A stretch of 63,992 nucleotides of DNA, counting the filler, from Rhabdomonas costata (taxonomy: Eukaryota): the NCBI GenBank assembly GCA_019059605.1. It is 30 parts of 30 records of this genome, joined end to end, with 100 filler letters (N's around TTAATTAATTAA, not from the genome) between each part and the next. Parts side by side here need not be neighbours in the genome. Positions count along the whole stretch, not along the records: positions 23,522 to 25,559 come from JAHMHO010006190.1; positions 25,660 to 27,696 come from JAHMHO010006191.1; positions 27,797 to 29,833 come from JAHMHO010006192.1; positions 29,934 to 31,969 come from JAHMHO010006193.1; positions 32,070 to 34,106 come from JAHMHO010006194.1; positions 34,207 to 36,243 come from JAHMHO010006195.1; positions 36,344 to 38,376 come from JAHMHO010006196.1; 23 more parts are not named here. One strand, written 5' to 3'. Below, piece by piece: positions 24,800-37,929 of the stretch. The position numbers were made by a program, and so were the translations under genes. How positions within the stretch are numbered: the first letter of the stretch is position 1; the number at the start of each line of letters is the position of its first letter. A model generated the notes under the pieces. It was given only the letters and a program-made list of their open reading frames with translations, searched no databases and was not told the DNA's origin.

Positions 24800-25559
24800 T
24801 GACAGAAACCTTTGAGTTCAGCATTACGAACGGAGTGAGGAACGCAGTGACGAACGTAGTGAGAGCGTGGCCCGGAGGGCCTCTTCTTCTTACACCCCAA
24901 GAGCCATCCGTAGTAGAGGGTAAGTGTCTGCAAGTCGAGGATTTAGAATGCATCGAGTATTCCAACACTAAAGGATCGAAGCATGGGTCTGAGCGTAGCG
25001 AGGGAGCCATGCGTAGAAGGTAGAAGGAATACAGAAGGCACCTGCGGTAGAATCCCAACACCCCTTCTACTCTTCTCACTTCTCACTCTTCAACTCAACT
25101 CCTTCACTCAGAATTCCAACACCCGTAAATCCTCACAGAATCCTCACTGAAGCAACAAAGACAGAAGGCATAAAAGAACGAAGGCATGGTGCTTGTCGAC
25201 ATGCCGTAGTAGTAAGTGTCTGCGAGTTGAGGATTGAAATGCATCGGGTATCTTGCCTCTGGGTCACGAAGGCATGGTCGTAAGGGCATGCCGTAGTAGG
25301 AGTAGAAGTGAAGGGCACCGCAGGTAGAATGCATCCTCATCTTCCCTTACACTCTTTACTCTCTTTAGCAACGAGCAAGGGTTGAGGTGGAGGGTTCTTG
25401 GCATCATGGGTTTATTCTTCTGCAGTCATGCTGAGTTACTGCATTCTTCACTCATAGTCATGCTGATACCCTTAGCCGCTAGAACCACTCACACCTCAAC
25501 CCCACGACACCCCAACCACCAAGAAGCCCAGAACCCACACACAGAATGCCAAAAACAAC
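24800..25559 (+). repeat. Repeat family B copy with an internal ~290-bp diverged duplication
   Basis: AAGTGTCTGCRAGTYGAGGATT at 24922 and 25214; the AGGCACC..GGTAGAAT block occurs twice; blocks are shared with 29390-29470 and 46374-46392. Confidence 0.65.
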
Positions 25560-25802
25560 NNNNNNNNNNNNNNNNNNNNNNNNNNNNNNNNNNNNNNNNN
25601 NNNTTAATTAATTAANNNNNNNNNNNNNNNNNNNNNNNNNNNNNNNNNNNNNNNNNNNNTGTTGTTGTTAACTTCATTTGTTTATTTTGGTGTTTCCTTC
25701 CTGTATCGATTTCTTGGCCATGGGCTTTGCTTCTGTGCTGCAGAACGTGCCATTGTTTTTCTCTAGGTACAGTTGTGCCGTGATTGGTTGACTCTCGCGC
25801 AG

Positions 25803-26854
25803 GCATTGAGAAGGCAGACTTCCTCTCCTTCCTGCTGCATGGGGAGGTCGGCACGATCCGGCGGCGCAACAAGGCCGTGACCACAGACGAAGGCAGTGAC
25901 GTCAAGAGCGAGCGGGAGTACGACGAGGACGAGGAGCTGGTGCCGCCCCAAGTCCCGAAGAAGCCTCACAAGGTCTCCCCACTTCACTCCACTGCCATCC
26001 ACCCCCATGTGGCCAGTATTCGTAGTAGTTCGGCTACTATTGCACCCTTCTGCACCTTGACAACACTAATCCTTTTCATTTGGGTGACTGGGACATGTAT
26101 AAGCTTGTATTATGTGTATGTTTGTATATGTTTGTATATGTTTGTATATGTTTGCGCGAAAGAAAAAGCGTTTTATTCCGGAAATCGTCGGGATTATGGT
26201 CCGCCGTTGGCTGTCGGCCGTCTGCCGTGGGGTCGCCCGTCGGTTCCACGCATCCATTTTCTATGTGTTTTAATTCCCAATCAAGGCTTGCGTTTGCGTT
26301 GATCAGTCTTTTGTTGTGCAATATGTGGGTGCTGCTTATGCATTTTGATAACCTGGGGGTTGGGCATGAAGATTACTTTTCCCCACGGCGGCGAAGTCAC
26401 GGACGAATACCATTACCTGAGGAACGATGAGGACCCTGACGTGATGGCGCACATCGAAGCGGAGAATGCCTACGCTCGTGCAATTATGGTGAGCCTTGTA
26501 TATTGGTTGATTTTGTGTTGCTTTCTTGAACGTCCACGTTTGTCTCTGTTGTGCCGAACATCAGTGTGTTTGCAGGCGAATGACGACAAGGGTTTCATAC
26601 TATCAACGATCTCGTTGTTTATGGGCCGTTCACTCACTCCCCACACAATGCACAATGTCTGCTAACACTTGTGGTTTGCGACCTCTTCTCCGTTTTCGTC
26701 TCTCTTAGTGTGATACGCAGTCCCTCCAGGCCACCATGGTTGCGGAGTTCGCGTCGCGCAACCTGGAGAGCGACATCTCCGCCGTGGAGCAGATCGGAGA
26801 CTGGTTCTATTACACTGTGGTGGAGAGGGACGCCCCGTACCCCAGGCACTGCAG
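25803..26854 (+). CDS. opdB: Oligopeptidase B / protease II (peptidase S9A), N-terminal part
   Basis: Exons ~25803-25972, 26372-26488 and 26721-~26854: PPQVPKKPHKITFPHGGEVTDEYHYLRN...VMAHIEAENAY...LQATMVAEFASR...GDWFYYT...YPRHCR. Confidence 0.88.
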
Positions 26855-27798
26855 GTCTTTTCCCTTTCCCCTTCCCTCCCCACGTCATTTTGTTTTGGAA
26901 GGGTTTCTTGGAGCGGTGCTAACCATTGCCCATTCAGCATCTCAGAGTCAGGTCGCAAAGACGGGTGTTCTTCTTTGAATTAAGAACAGTTGTCTGTTTG
27001 TTCACGTTTGTTTATTTTGAGCAAGTGTGTGTACAACGCTGGAGTGTGTGGCTCCGACCAGACGACGTGCAAAACTGCCAGCTTTGCTTGCAGCTTCGCA
27101 ATAACGAATGTGGCTTTGGCGAGCGGGACATATCTCTTCAAATCCGAGAGTCATCTCTCATTCCCTTGCTGCCCTATTCCCTCTGCTGCATTTTGAGCTT
27201 CTGAAGGTGGAACGATAGGAAGAACAGCAGCTTTGGTTCGCTTGCAGATTGAGATGGAATGGGAATAGCTTTGAATCCGATCCTCGTCTCGTTTTATAAA
27301 GTACTGTTGTCTCCCTTCAACTGTATGCTCGCTTTTGTTCCGTGCGCATAGGCGGTTCGAGAGCATGGATGGAAAGGTTGCGGGCTCTTTCCACTTCTCC
27401 CTTTGCTTGCGTGGCAACCTCCAACGCAAACCTCAAACCGTTGTCACCGTCGGCCAAGTAGCCTGAGTGAAAACGTAACTGGCCAGCACCGAGATGCCGG
27501 CAAGCTTGCAATGACAAGAAGTCATCAAGGGTAGAATCTGCGTTCATGATGGATACCAATCGTATGGCAAAACCTGGCGCGAGTCCGAACTGCTGGTTAT
27601 TTTGGATCGCATTTTTTCAGTGTGTTAGTTGCTCCCTCTGAGGTCAAGTGTTTTGTTTCTTGTGCTCTTCCCAGGAGCACGTGAAACAAAACCCACNNNN
27701 NNNNNNNNNNNNNNNNNNNNNNNNNNNNNNNNNNNNNNNNTTAATTAATTAANNNNNNNNNNNNNNNNNNNNNNNNNNNNNNNNNNNNNNNNNNNNTG

Positions 27799-28012
27799 TT
27801 GTCAGCCGCAACCGACAACATGAAGCAAAGTTTAAAATATGCTCCCATACCAAATGTAAGTGTTCGAAGTGTTTCCACGTACCCCAACTTCCATTCTGGG
27901 AGATTCACACAACAGCATGGAAGTTGGGGTACGTGGAAACACTTCGAACACTTACATTTTGTGTGGGAGCATATTTTAAACTTTGCTTCATGTTGTCGGT
28001 TGCGGCTGGCAA
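27799..28012. repeat. Long inverted repeat with 96-bp arms (27799-27894 / 27917-28012) and a 22-nt spacer
   Basis: Arms are reverse complements with 3 mismatches; located at the contig start. Confidence 0.95.
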
Positions 28013-28839
28013 GACCAATACTAGACGTCAGAAGACACAGCGGTCTGCTGGGAACAGTGCCATCCCACTTGAAGGAGATAGATATCTATATCACACTTCA
28101 CGGCTTTCCCGATTCTGCCTTGGGAGAGGGGGCGTTAAACGCCCAGCACTGGAAGAAATTTCTAACTTTTCTAAAATTAAAATATGCCCGTTAAAGTGGG
28201 GGAAAAGCATACATCACGCTATTGCTAAAAACTGCCTTTAAACGTTAAAAAATTAAAAAGTTAAAAGTAGTTGACACAGTTAACCCCCATTGTTTCAAAA
28301 TACGCCACCCAATGGAACGTCCGAAGCTGCTGCGCCGCCACCTTCGCACAACGAATAGTTGAATCCCAGTTGTGTTGCCTTCTACAGTGAACTGTTTATC
28401 GGCTGGCGTTCTGCTTTGATAGGTTACGAGTGCTAAACGTTTAACGCCCACCAAATGTGCCGTGGACTAATCGTAAAAAAACGAGCGCAAAAGAAATGCT
28501 TCCGGCGGCGGCTAGTGGGGAAGAAGGGGGTGGGCAATCATCCGCAGCACCAAGTGATAGGCACGCGCCCTTGGATTGTGGGAAGCTCTTCTGAAAAACC
28601 GGAGGACTGTGAGATTTAAACTCCGCCGTGCCTAAAAATGGCTTGTAAAAGCAGTTCGTAACAGGCAGTCGTCATGAGGTTGGTTGGAAAATCAACGGGT
28701 GAAGAGTGGGCTTTCCCAAAGCAAACCGACGGTGCCAGGATGGAGGGATGGGAGCAACCGTTGGGGCGAAGAGGCAAACCCGAGAGAATGAGAAGGGGCT
28801 GGAGGCAGAGCACACAGGACTTCTAGCTCTACACGTTAG

Positions 28840-29833
28840 GTCTAGCGCGAAGCAGGAGGTATGAGCGTAGCAGACACCAAGAGGAATAGGAGATGGAGCG
28901 TAGCGACACCGACAGGAAGCAGGAGGTATGAGCGTAGCAAATAGCTACAGCATAGAAGGAACGAACGAGCGTATAGCGATTGAGTGACACGTTTTACCAA
29001 TGGCTGTGAACGAGCGTAAGCGCATAGCGGTGGAGCGAGTGAACCATTACATCTAGGAGGAACGAGCGGAGCGAGTGACGACATGGTAAACTAAGCGAGG
29101 AGCGTAGCTACGAAGCTTTAAGGAAGGGGACCCACAAACGCAGTGAGTGGGGATAGTAGGAGGAATGGCATCGAGGACACGAAATGCCATGACGACTCAT
29201 GATTGTATCCTCTTCGTCGGGTCTCTCGGTTTCTCGAGCCCCTTCCTCACCCCTTCACTCGTTCCCTCCACAGGCATAAGCACGGTTCCGGTCAGACGCA
29301 TCAACATTACGTGTCACTACGCACTCTCACGTCCTATCGAGTGCTCCGTCCGGGCGTAGCCATACAGGAATACCCTGAGAGTGGAAGGGTACGTAGCGAT
29401 GGTCGTAATGGCATCGCGGAGTAGGAGGTGAAGGCACCGCAGGTATGAATGCCTCTCACTCTCATACCTGGTAGGAATGCTCACATCACCCTTCACGTCT
29501 CACCCTCAACCCCAAAACCCCACAACCTCCAAACCACCAACATCCTCGCTTTGGGAACGCTACAAGCACTGATGAAGCACTGGACATCATGACACCGTAA
29601 TACCACCACTCGACAAGCACTTGAGACACGTGAGACCAACAGAAAGCATGAGAACGTGAGACCAACACACAGACAACGCTAAGCCCTGAACCACCACACG
29701 CTACGAGACACTGACAACCACTATGACACCATGACGACAACACGACCTGCCAACACCACACACCTCGAGATACAAACACACCATGACCATCAACACACAT
29801 CTCCTGACACCGTAACCATGAGACGCAACAACC
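28840..29833 (+). repeat. Repeat family B copy, rich in GAGCGTAGC motifs, with a CA-rich distal part
   Basis: 24-bp direct repeat GAAGCAGGAGGTATGAGCGTAGCA (28849 and 28916); block ATGGTCGTAA.GGCAT...GTGAAGGCACCGCAGGTA shared with 25274-25330. Confidence 0.65.
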
Positions 29834-30021
29834 NNNNNNNNNNNNNNNNNNNNNNNNNNNNNNNNNNNNNNNNNNNNTTAATTAATTAANNNNNNNNNNN
29901 NNNNNNNNNNNNNNNNNNNNNNNNNNNNNNNNNGGTGTGGGTGTAGCACTCTTCACGTGCCTCGAACGATGGTGAGGGCTGCCGGGGTGCTGGTGAGGAT
30001 GACAGCTGCGGTGACCCTGCG

Positions 30022-30190
30022 GTGGCAACAATGACCTTGGCTACTTGCACTTTACTGAACCCGGACTTTCCCCGGGATGCGTTTGTGCGGGAGGTGTTCC
30101 CGCTGCTGCGGAGGTACTGCGCGAAGATCGCGATGTACGCGGACACCGCTGATGGGGCGCTGATGTTCAGCGAGCTGATGAACCGCCAAG
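30022..30190 (+). CDS. Exon of an alpha/beta-hydrolase-like (DUF900-like) protein
   Basis: TLLNPDFPRDAF...KIAMYADTADGALMFSELMN resembles the LxxPD...YxxxxDxAL pattern; GT donor after 30190. Confidence 0.5.
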
Positions 30191-32336
30191 GTTTCTCTCT
30201 ACAATCACCCTTGGAAACAGCGGCATACTCTGAGCGCTTCCTTCCAACTCCCTTCTGCTGGACAGCCGAGATGATACAAAAGCGCGTGATGGAGCGCCGA
30301 TGCAGAATAATGGGTCTCAGTCTTGATGACAGGTCTCCACTGTCTCCAGTTGGGCGCCTTGGAGAGCATTTTGTGCTTTTACGCTGCTCGCATCTCATCA
30401 TCTCAAAAGTTTGAAGCAAGAGCAGAAGATCACAAGACAATTAGGACAAATAAGCACAACTCATGCCCATGTACAATGTTATAAACTGTCCCAGTCACCC
30501 AAACCAGAAACCCCGTATTTCTTTCTCCACGGGTTTTACTCCGAAAACCCCTGACCCACTTCAAGTTGTTCAAGTTGTGGCGCTGGAGACTGGTGACGCG
30601 GACGATACCTTTAGATCAGCAGGTGCGGTATTTTTAGAAAGGAAACACATTTGTGCAAAACATCTCCCCGAACTCTCTCTCTCAGCACTGTGGCGCCATC
30701 CTGAAATTTGGGTGGGAGAGCACAGCAGCTAAAGCATTCAAAGAATTTTCATCCCACCATTCCCCCCTCTCTCTCCTCTCCCTTTCTCTCCAAAATTCTC
30801 AAACTGCGAACAGAAATATTGGCAAAAAAAAAGCGATGCGCACGGCAGGTGCCTGTTTTTGGGTCCTCAAGCGAAAAAGAAACCCAACTGACCGGTCATT
30901 CCCGACAGCACTGATCAGTGGGATTCGTAACACACCACACACTCACACACCTGAGCAAGAGTGCCTTTTTGCGGAGACAACACACACACATACAGTGCAG
31001 AAAAATCACGCAGACAAATATATTCGACCACACACCAAGCATGAACAAAAGGGGCAAAGGGGAATCGGGGGACGGGTGCGAGCGCCTTTGCTGCGGATGT
31101 ACTTCTGCATCACGGAAAGGGAGGTGAAGTTCTGACTGGACAGATTCAGAAGAGTCCTCCGAGCGGTCAGCACCTGAGTCTCGTTTCCCGCCCCTGCACC
31201 ACACATCCACACCAACGTAGACATCGCATCTCTGATGCGTGGTCTTTCCGGAATCTTTAGCATCTGCACTACTTCTTCCAAACCTCTCCCCCGCCTCCCT
31301 GCCAGCTTCCATCACTTGCCCATGCTATGCCTGGACGTACGCATTAACAAGCCCCCTCCTAGTTTTTTCCTGCCTTCCGCCTCCTTTTTCTTTTGTGCTG
31401 TTGCTTTCTGTTGGTGCACAAAGGTGCATCTACCTGTAGAAGATGCTCCTTTTTGGTCGGGTTTGGGTGTCATAGCTCATATGTAGTTGGGACCGGGAAG
31501 GCCTTTCCGGAAAGACCATGCCGTGCCTCCACCATCTGGGCCCATCTAACTCGACCCAACCTGTCCAAACGGCCCAAGCCGATGGCATTTCGTACCTTCC
31601 AAGACAATTTCTGACAGTACACTGCCCACTGTCCAAAGTCCGGCGCAACAACAGCAGATACACAACAGCAACAACAGCAACACAGGCACATACTGGAGAG
31701 GAGTATGGGAGAATACGGGAGAAAAGCGCATTTTGACGGTAGGCACGAGGGGTAAACCGGAAAATCGAAAAAAAACAATGCGCAAGCAGCACTTCAGCAG
31801 TGAAGCGGTGCCAGCAGAGGTGGAGGGATCAGCGAGAGAGAGAGAGACAGAGGAAAGTGCTGATTTTGGGAAATTGCGTTGGTTTGTTCGAGCAGGGAGA
31901 CGGATATACGTGGAGTGAACAGAAAGAGGGGGGAATGGCATTTCCTCTGAACCCCTCCCCCCCACACACNNNNNNNNNNNNNNNNNNNNNNNNNNNNNNN
32001 NNNNNNNNNNNNNTTAATTAATTAANNNNNNNNNNNNNNNNNNNNNNNNNNNNNNNNNNNNNNNNNNNNTTTTTGTGTTCTTTAACAGCTGCGCAGGCTC
32101 CTGCTCGCACAAGCAACCCGCGAAGCTGTTAAAGAATACGAATAACGAATCACGAACTTTTTGGCAACTCTAGCAAACCCTATGCACACACTGAATCCGT
32201 TCATGTGGAAGAAAGCGAACGATTACTTCCTGCTTCCCAGGAAACAGGAAGTCAAGCATTTGCTGTATTTGCCGATATCAGATTAACGCAGATTAATGCG
32301 TTTGGAAACAGAGATCTTCTCTTTGCAGTGTTGCTA

Positions 32337-34060
32337 TCACAAATGAAAGGAAAGGCTTTGCGTCACCTGCGACATCGACATCTCACATTCTGGCTGGAGA
32401 ACGTACACCAGCGCTTCTGGGGCAATCAGCAGGTCCACTCCGCTGCACGTCTTGAGCACGAGCTGCAGCTCCAGAGGCAAGCGGTCGATCCGGGCGCGGA
32501 CAAAGCCGGTCATCGTGTCCGGCAGAGTGGGGATCCGAGCTTTGCGGGTGGACACGTCAAAGGCGACGGGCACCTTTGCACAGAGAAGAGTTACGCGAAG
32601 TCACGCGCACAGCAGTCGCAGTCCAACGCGAACAAACAAGTACACCAGTCCCTAGTCAGAGAAGAAAATCAACAACCACAACGTGTACCTTACCTATAAT
32701 AAAGATCATCACAGGACAGAGTTCATATTAAAGGAGGCTCCGTCCGCTCGCCCCGCCAACACAGGGTGTGCGCGCCTAAGTCCTGAGGGTACCAAGACAC
32801 TTCTCCTTCAACGATCCCCCCCCCGCAATTCTGCAGGAACTTACAGGGATAAGTTAAAAATAACCGCGGCTTACTAGAAACATATAAATCCAAATACCAC
32901 AAACACATAGGCAAATCCAGCAAGCGTAGAATACACATTCTGATGTTTGGGACACCTTGTTCATGGGTGTTCCGCCGCGATTGTTGGTTTCCGATAGCAG
33001 CGGGACCGAAGTAAACATCACCCTCCCCCACATAACACACAACAACATACCCCACATTGCCCAATGTCAGTGCGGCATAATTGGCATCGAAAGGGATCTG
33101 GTCCAATTGTCGTCGCATCCCCGAACAACACCAACACCACAGTCTCTTCTAACCCCTCATGAGTAACTATGAGTGAAATAGCGACTTTGAACGCAACAAC
33201 TCGATCACATTCTCAGGGCACGAAAACACTGCTTCATCTTCAGTGCCACGAAAGCTCAACCAAGGCACCAACATGTGCTTTTCCGCACTGCATGTGCAGT
33301 CACACCAGGCGGTCGCCCTTCACGGCAGCCAGAGGTTCCTCGCAGTCGATAGAATTTCGTAGTAGTCGGGACACCTCGGCGACAAACAGTGGTCTCCTGC
33401 AGATGACAGGAGACACAGTCACGAAAAGGAAGGGGGCTTTGCCACTGTATTCATCATTTCGTCAGAAGCATAAGGGAACGCCTTGTTCAATCGAAAACAA
33501 GGCGAACGAGCAAAGCCGGAAAAAAGCGAAGAAGGCGTATGTCGTTCACATGCCCTGCGGTTTTCCTCATGACGACGTCGGTGATGCGGTGGTCAATCGT
33601 CTGCACACCGGTCGACTTGAATATCGAAATCATAAGTTTCTGAGAGCACGCATTATACAAACATCAAACATCCAGAGGCTTTTGCTCCCCCTCCTGCATG
33701 TAACCTTACCTCTGTGAAGTTTAAATGAGAACGCTGGTAGACAGGGGCTTTCCCTGTGCAACATGAAGGGAGTGTGGTGGCATCCGCTTCGAATGCCCAT
33801 TTTCGCCTGACAAAAGCTTGCACGATGCCCCTGCAAACGGCGGCCCCACCACATTCCAACACAAATTGCCACCTGCACCTCGTTAAATTACCTGGCAAAG
33901 CGAAACAAAATCATTACGACGACGACGATCATTACGCGGTTTCAAATATACCTCCGCCTCCTGTGGAGAGAGCGCAGTCTGTTCCGCACTGATCACTAGC
34001 TCCCCTCCGCCATCGGGAAGTGAGCTAACCAGCTCTGCCAATGCGTGGTGCTCCAGGGAG
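32337..34060 (-). CDS. Soluble adenylyl cyclase (ADCY10)-like / STAND ATPase region, partial
   Basis: Exon ~33398-33307 (RPLFVAEVSRLL) and exon from 32573 (LPDTMTGFVRARIDRLPLELQLVLKTCSGV) match the region following the P-loop in ADCY10-like proteins; upstream exons are uncertain. Confidence 0.65.
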
Positions 34061-34359
34061 GCGGAATCCTGAGTTGCCGCACACACAACCCCAAACACAC
34101 CCACAANNNNNNNNNNNNNNNNNNNNNNNNNNNNNNNNNNNNNNNNNNNNTTAATTAATTAANNNNNNNNNNNNNNNNNNNNNNNNNNNNNNNNNNNNNN
34201 NNNNNNTTTTTTGTGTCCCACGCTCTGACTGGCTGTGTGGTCATTTTCTTTCCGGTCCTTATGTTCTTTTACTTGCGTGATCAAAAGTTCAATCAGAGAA
34301 CGGTACATTTCTTGAAATCAAACAACAGGCTTGTGTCCGACCGAACTCGGATACTGCAG

Positions 34360-35718
34360 GCTGCTGTGGTGCACGATGGCTTGTCTGGGGCAGTCTTGCA
34401 GGCCACGACCTCCTACGACGATCAGGTCAGGACATTGGCTTTCCTCTGTCTGCTGTCCGCTCTTCTGGTGGACTTTTGATCGAGGACCCACCTTCAATTC
34501 TTGGCCTGAAACAATGTCTTTTGTTTTGACTGACAAGTCGGTGTGCACGTAACAGCCTTTGGACGATTTTCTTCTTGGGGCTTGTTTGATCGTTTTTTGC
34601 GGAACCACGAGCACACCCAAGTGGGAAGGTCATTGGTTAAACACGTTCCTCCAAAGAAACGTTTTCTTGACGCTATCACTTTTCCGATATGGCTTTTGTG
34701 GAAACCGCAATTCTGTTTCTGCGTGCTCAGTATCTGCTCACGGTGGGTGCTGATGGAGGATTCTTTTGCCAACGGATTACCGATGCGACTGCTGGGAAGG
34801 CCAAGCCAAAGGTGGGCGTCTTGAACCCCTCCTCGCTGTTTGCCTCACTGCCGCAGGCGATGCGCAGCCTGATCGGATTTTTTTACCACCCTGACCCTAG
34901 GACATACTGGCTCACAGATGGTGACTCACACACATCACACAGCCGAGGATCGGTTTCTCTGCACCTGGTTTCCTTAATGGAAACTGATTACGAACAAACT
35001 GTACAACCTCTTTGTCTGTAAATTCACATCCTTGCGTTGCACATAGGGTTGTGTGAAAAGAAGCTGACAGCTCTTGTTTTGCTGCAACATAAGCTGTGAA
35101 ATGGCTATGGTGAGCAGAGCATGGGTTGGGATGACTCCACTCGTCACTTGGGGTGGCTCTGTTGCAGAGTGTTGACGCGACCGCGACTCTCCTTGGGCGA
35201 TCGAAAGCCTCCGCTCCAGGCTCAGCCGTCGAGGATATCGTTAGCCCAGACGCGTATAGGTGTGTAATCTCCCATTTTGTTCGATCATTGCGGTCCACTC
35301 ACCTCGCTCGGTGGTGGATCAAACACATTTCTTTTTTAAATCGTCTTTTGAAATGAATCTTCTTGGCGCTGTCCACCTTTCTATATGCCAACGCCTAGCT
35401 ATTGGTGGCGACCAGTCCTCTTTTCTTGCATCAATTCAATGCAGTGGCAGACAAAGATTACAACGAAGATGGATTTTCTGCCCTGGATGCTCGCACGTGC
35501 TCAGCATTCAAGAGGCGAAGCTGAAGGCCGACGAGGATCTTAGGCGGCAGCTGGCAGAGCAGAAGATGGCGACTCTGCGGGAGCAAGTGCAGAACCTGCT
35601 GGGGCAGTACCAGCAGCTGCTGGACGCCAACCTCCGTGCGGGGCTGGGGCAGGCCCTGTCCAAGGAGGAGCTTGTGCTGGACCCCACCACAGGCCCAACC
35701 CTGGAGAGGCTCAATCAA
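34360..35718 (+). CDS. CFAP44: Cilia- and flagella-associated protein 44 (WDR52), partial
   Basis: Exons ~34360-34425, 34731-34811, 35168-35259 and 35505-35718 splice in frame: HDGLSGAV..SYDDQYLLTVGADGGFF (last WD repeat), EDIVSPDAYSIQEAKLKADED, LLDAN...EELVLD. Confidence 0.75.
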
Positions 35719-37630
35719 GTGTGTCAAGGAGTTGGGGGCCTTGGCAATAACGAAGCCACACCATTACCTTTCCAAAGCGAGATGGAGGGCAGCTACGTGG
35801 CTCAACGCAATTTTTTTCGTTCAGGAAGGCTCAAGCGCAGCAGAGTTTTGAATCGAGAATCAAGGGGTGGAAGAGGTCGAGACCTTTTTCGCGAGAAAAA
35901 TTGAAAAGCACAAAATAAATGACTCTTGCAGAGGTGCTTCTGAGATTCCTCGGAAGCTCCGAAGAAAGCGGAAAGGCTATGCTGCAAGTATTTAGGCATA
36001 CACAAGTCTGCGCACCGCCTAACGTATGCCTTGAACGAATCCAGCCTGCTCTTCGACGGTGAACAATGAGGATCGAGGAGGAACGGAACGCAGGCATTTC
36101 GTACCCCCTCCCCTCCAAAAAAAAAGAGAAAAAAGCAGAACCCGAACACTCGACCCGAAGAACCCGAAGAGCACACTTGGGCACCCCTTTCACAAAAACA
36201 GCAGGCCGTACCCTTTCACGCCATGTCTATGCCCCCCCACAACNNNNNNNNNNNNNNNNNNNNNNNNNNNNNNNNNNNNNNNNNNNNTTAATTAATTAAN
36301 NNNNNNNNNNNNNNNNNNNNNNNNNNNNNNNNNNNNNNNNNNNGGGTTGTTGTTCAAAGTACCTTCATAGGAATCTTTCAACCAGAAACCAAGAGCGCAC
36401 ATGAAAGCAAGGTACGCTACACCGTACTATACGCTCAGAACTACACGTTCCTATTTTTTTTCGCAATTCATGCGTTACTATCGCAAGCATTATCCTTTGA
36501 ACCAGGACATCCCGAACATCTGGCACGTGGTGTCATACAACATGATTGAATTTAAAAAAGCAATCTCGCGCATGCGGCGCGAGGACATGTGCAAAGGCCT
36601 TCTTTTACTACTATTGCCATTGAACCTTGCAATTGATATACTGAAGACGATGGCATTTGTATACGGTCCGACGACTCCAGGTTGAAGTGCGTCATACACA
36701 CGTTCGTCTGAGTTTCGGGGTGTATATTATATTGTGTTTCGTAATCGTGACGCATGCGGGTCAGAGTTTGGGGTGCAAATGTGGAGCTGCCACTGAATTA
36801 TGCCTTCCGCACACCCCTATGCTGCAACAGGTGTTGGCGCGCGTATGCAGCACATGAACGCACAGCCGAATGCATATGTTCACACCGGCTCTGTCACAGG
36901 CGAGCGAGTTGGTCTCACCGTGGAGCGCGGAGGCAAGTTGTTCGGTACCTCCGTCATTCTTGGGGCTCTGGGTATGCTGCACTGCACTCGATGTAAAGGA
37001 CCTTGCCGAGCAACCTTTTTAGAAACTGTGAGCGTTGGAAATCTTTCGCAGGCCTCTCCTGTTCTCCAGTTTATCGCCTGACCCCGCCTCCAATCCCAAC
37101 TTTTTCTTTTCCTGGACCTTGTTGGCAACTTTTTCAATTGCATTCCTTTGCAGTGTTTGCAGAAATCACCACGAGTAGAAGTGCAAAATTTGACGGCATG
37201 GGATTATTTGACGCCCAAAACGTCTTAGCCATGTGACCGAATGATAGTTTTGATTTGTTCACCCCACTTTTTATTGCCATGTTCACCAGTGTAGGTGTAC
37301 CCGCTGCATCTGTTGCCCGCTTTTTCATAAATGAGCGTCGTGGTGTGCACTGCGGATATAGGTTTTGCTTTCGATTGCGACGCGCGGACGTCCCAGAATG
37401 CACAACCGGTTCGGGTTTAAGTACGTCCGGAAAACGCCGTGCACCCCATTGCTTCCTCTTTTTTTTTTAGTGTCAGTGCTGCAACGCGCCTTGCGACCGG
37501 CTTGTAGCCTGGAGGTGACAGCTTCTTTATCTGTCTTTCCCTCACTTCAGCTTCAATGAGCCGCGTCACAGACCCGCTTAACGGGGACCAGCACGGAGTC
37601 GTTTCAAACCCGTTGCATATTCTCCGGCAG

Positions 37631-37929
37631 ATATCAGCACCCTGGACAGCTCGTGCCTTCTGGGGTTCCTGTGTCCCACCCCGGGGGACCTGGAGGCCGT
37701 CGTGGAGGCAACGGGTGCGCTGTTCAGGCGCCCGGGCCACACCGCGCTGTTCTACTGGCGTCACACGGGTGGAGGCTCCACCACAGCCAGCTCCTCCACT
37801 TCCCCCTGCGCTCCCCAGCCTCCGGCAGACCATGACAACCCGGCATCTACCCCTTCGGGGCGAGAGCGAGATGAGCCCCTGGGCGAAGGCGAAGAAACCT
37901 CAGAGGGAGATGGATTCACCCTACTTTAG
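37631..37929 (+). CDS. ATG4: Terminal exon of an ATG4-like cysteine protease (peptidase C54)
   Basis: ISTLDSSCLLGFLCPTPGDL matches the ATG4 LDPSxxxGFxC motif; acidic tail EEtSEGDGFTLL resembles the C-terminal LIR; ends at TAG. Confidence 0.65.

Noticed and set aside
32078..32136. 13-bp inverted repeat at a contig start
   Set aside because: Short, single instance, no TSD visible; it cannot be assigned a function.
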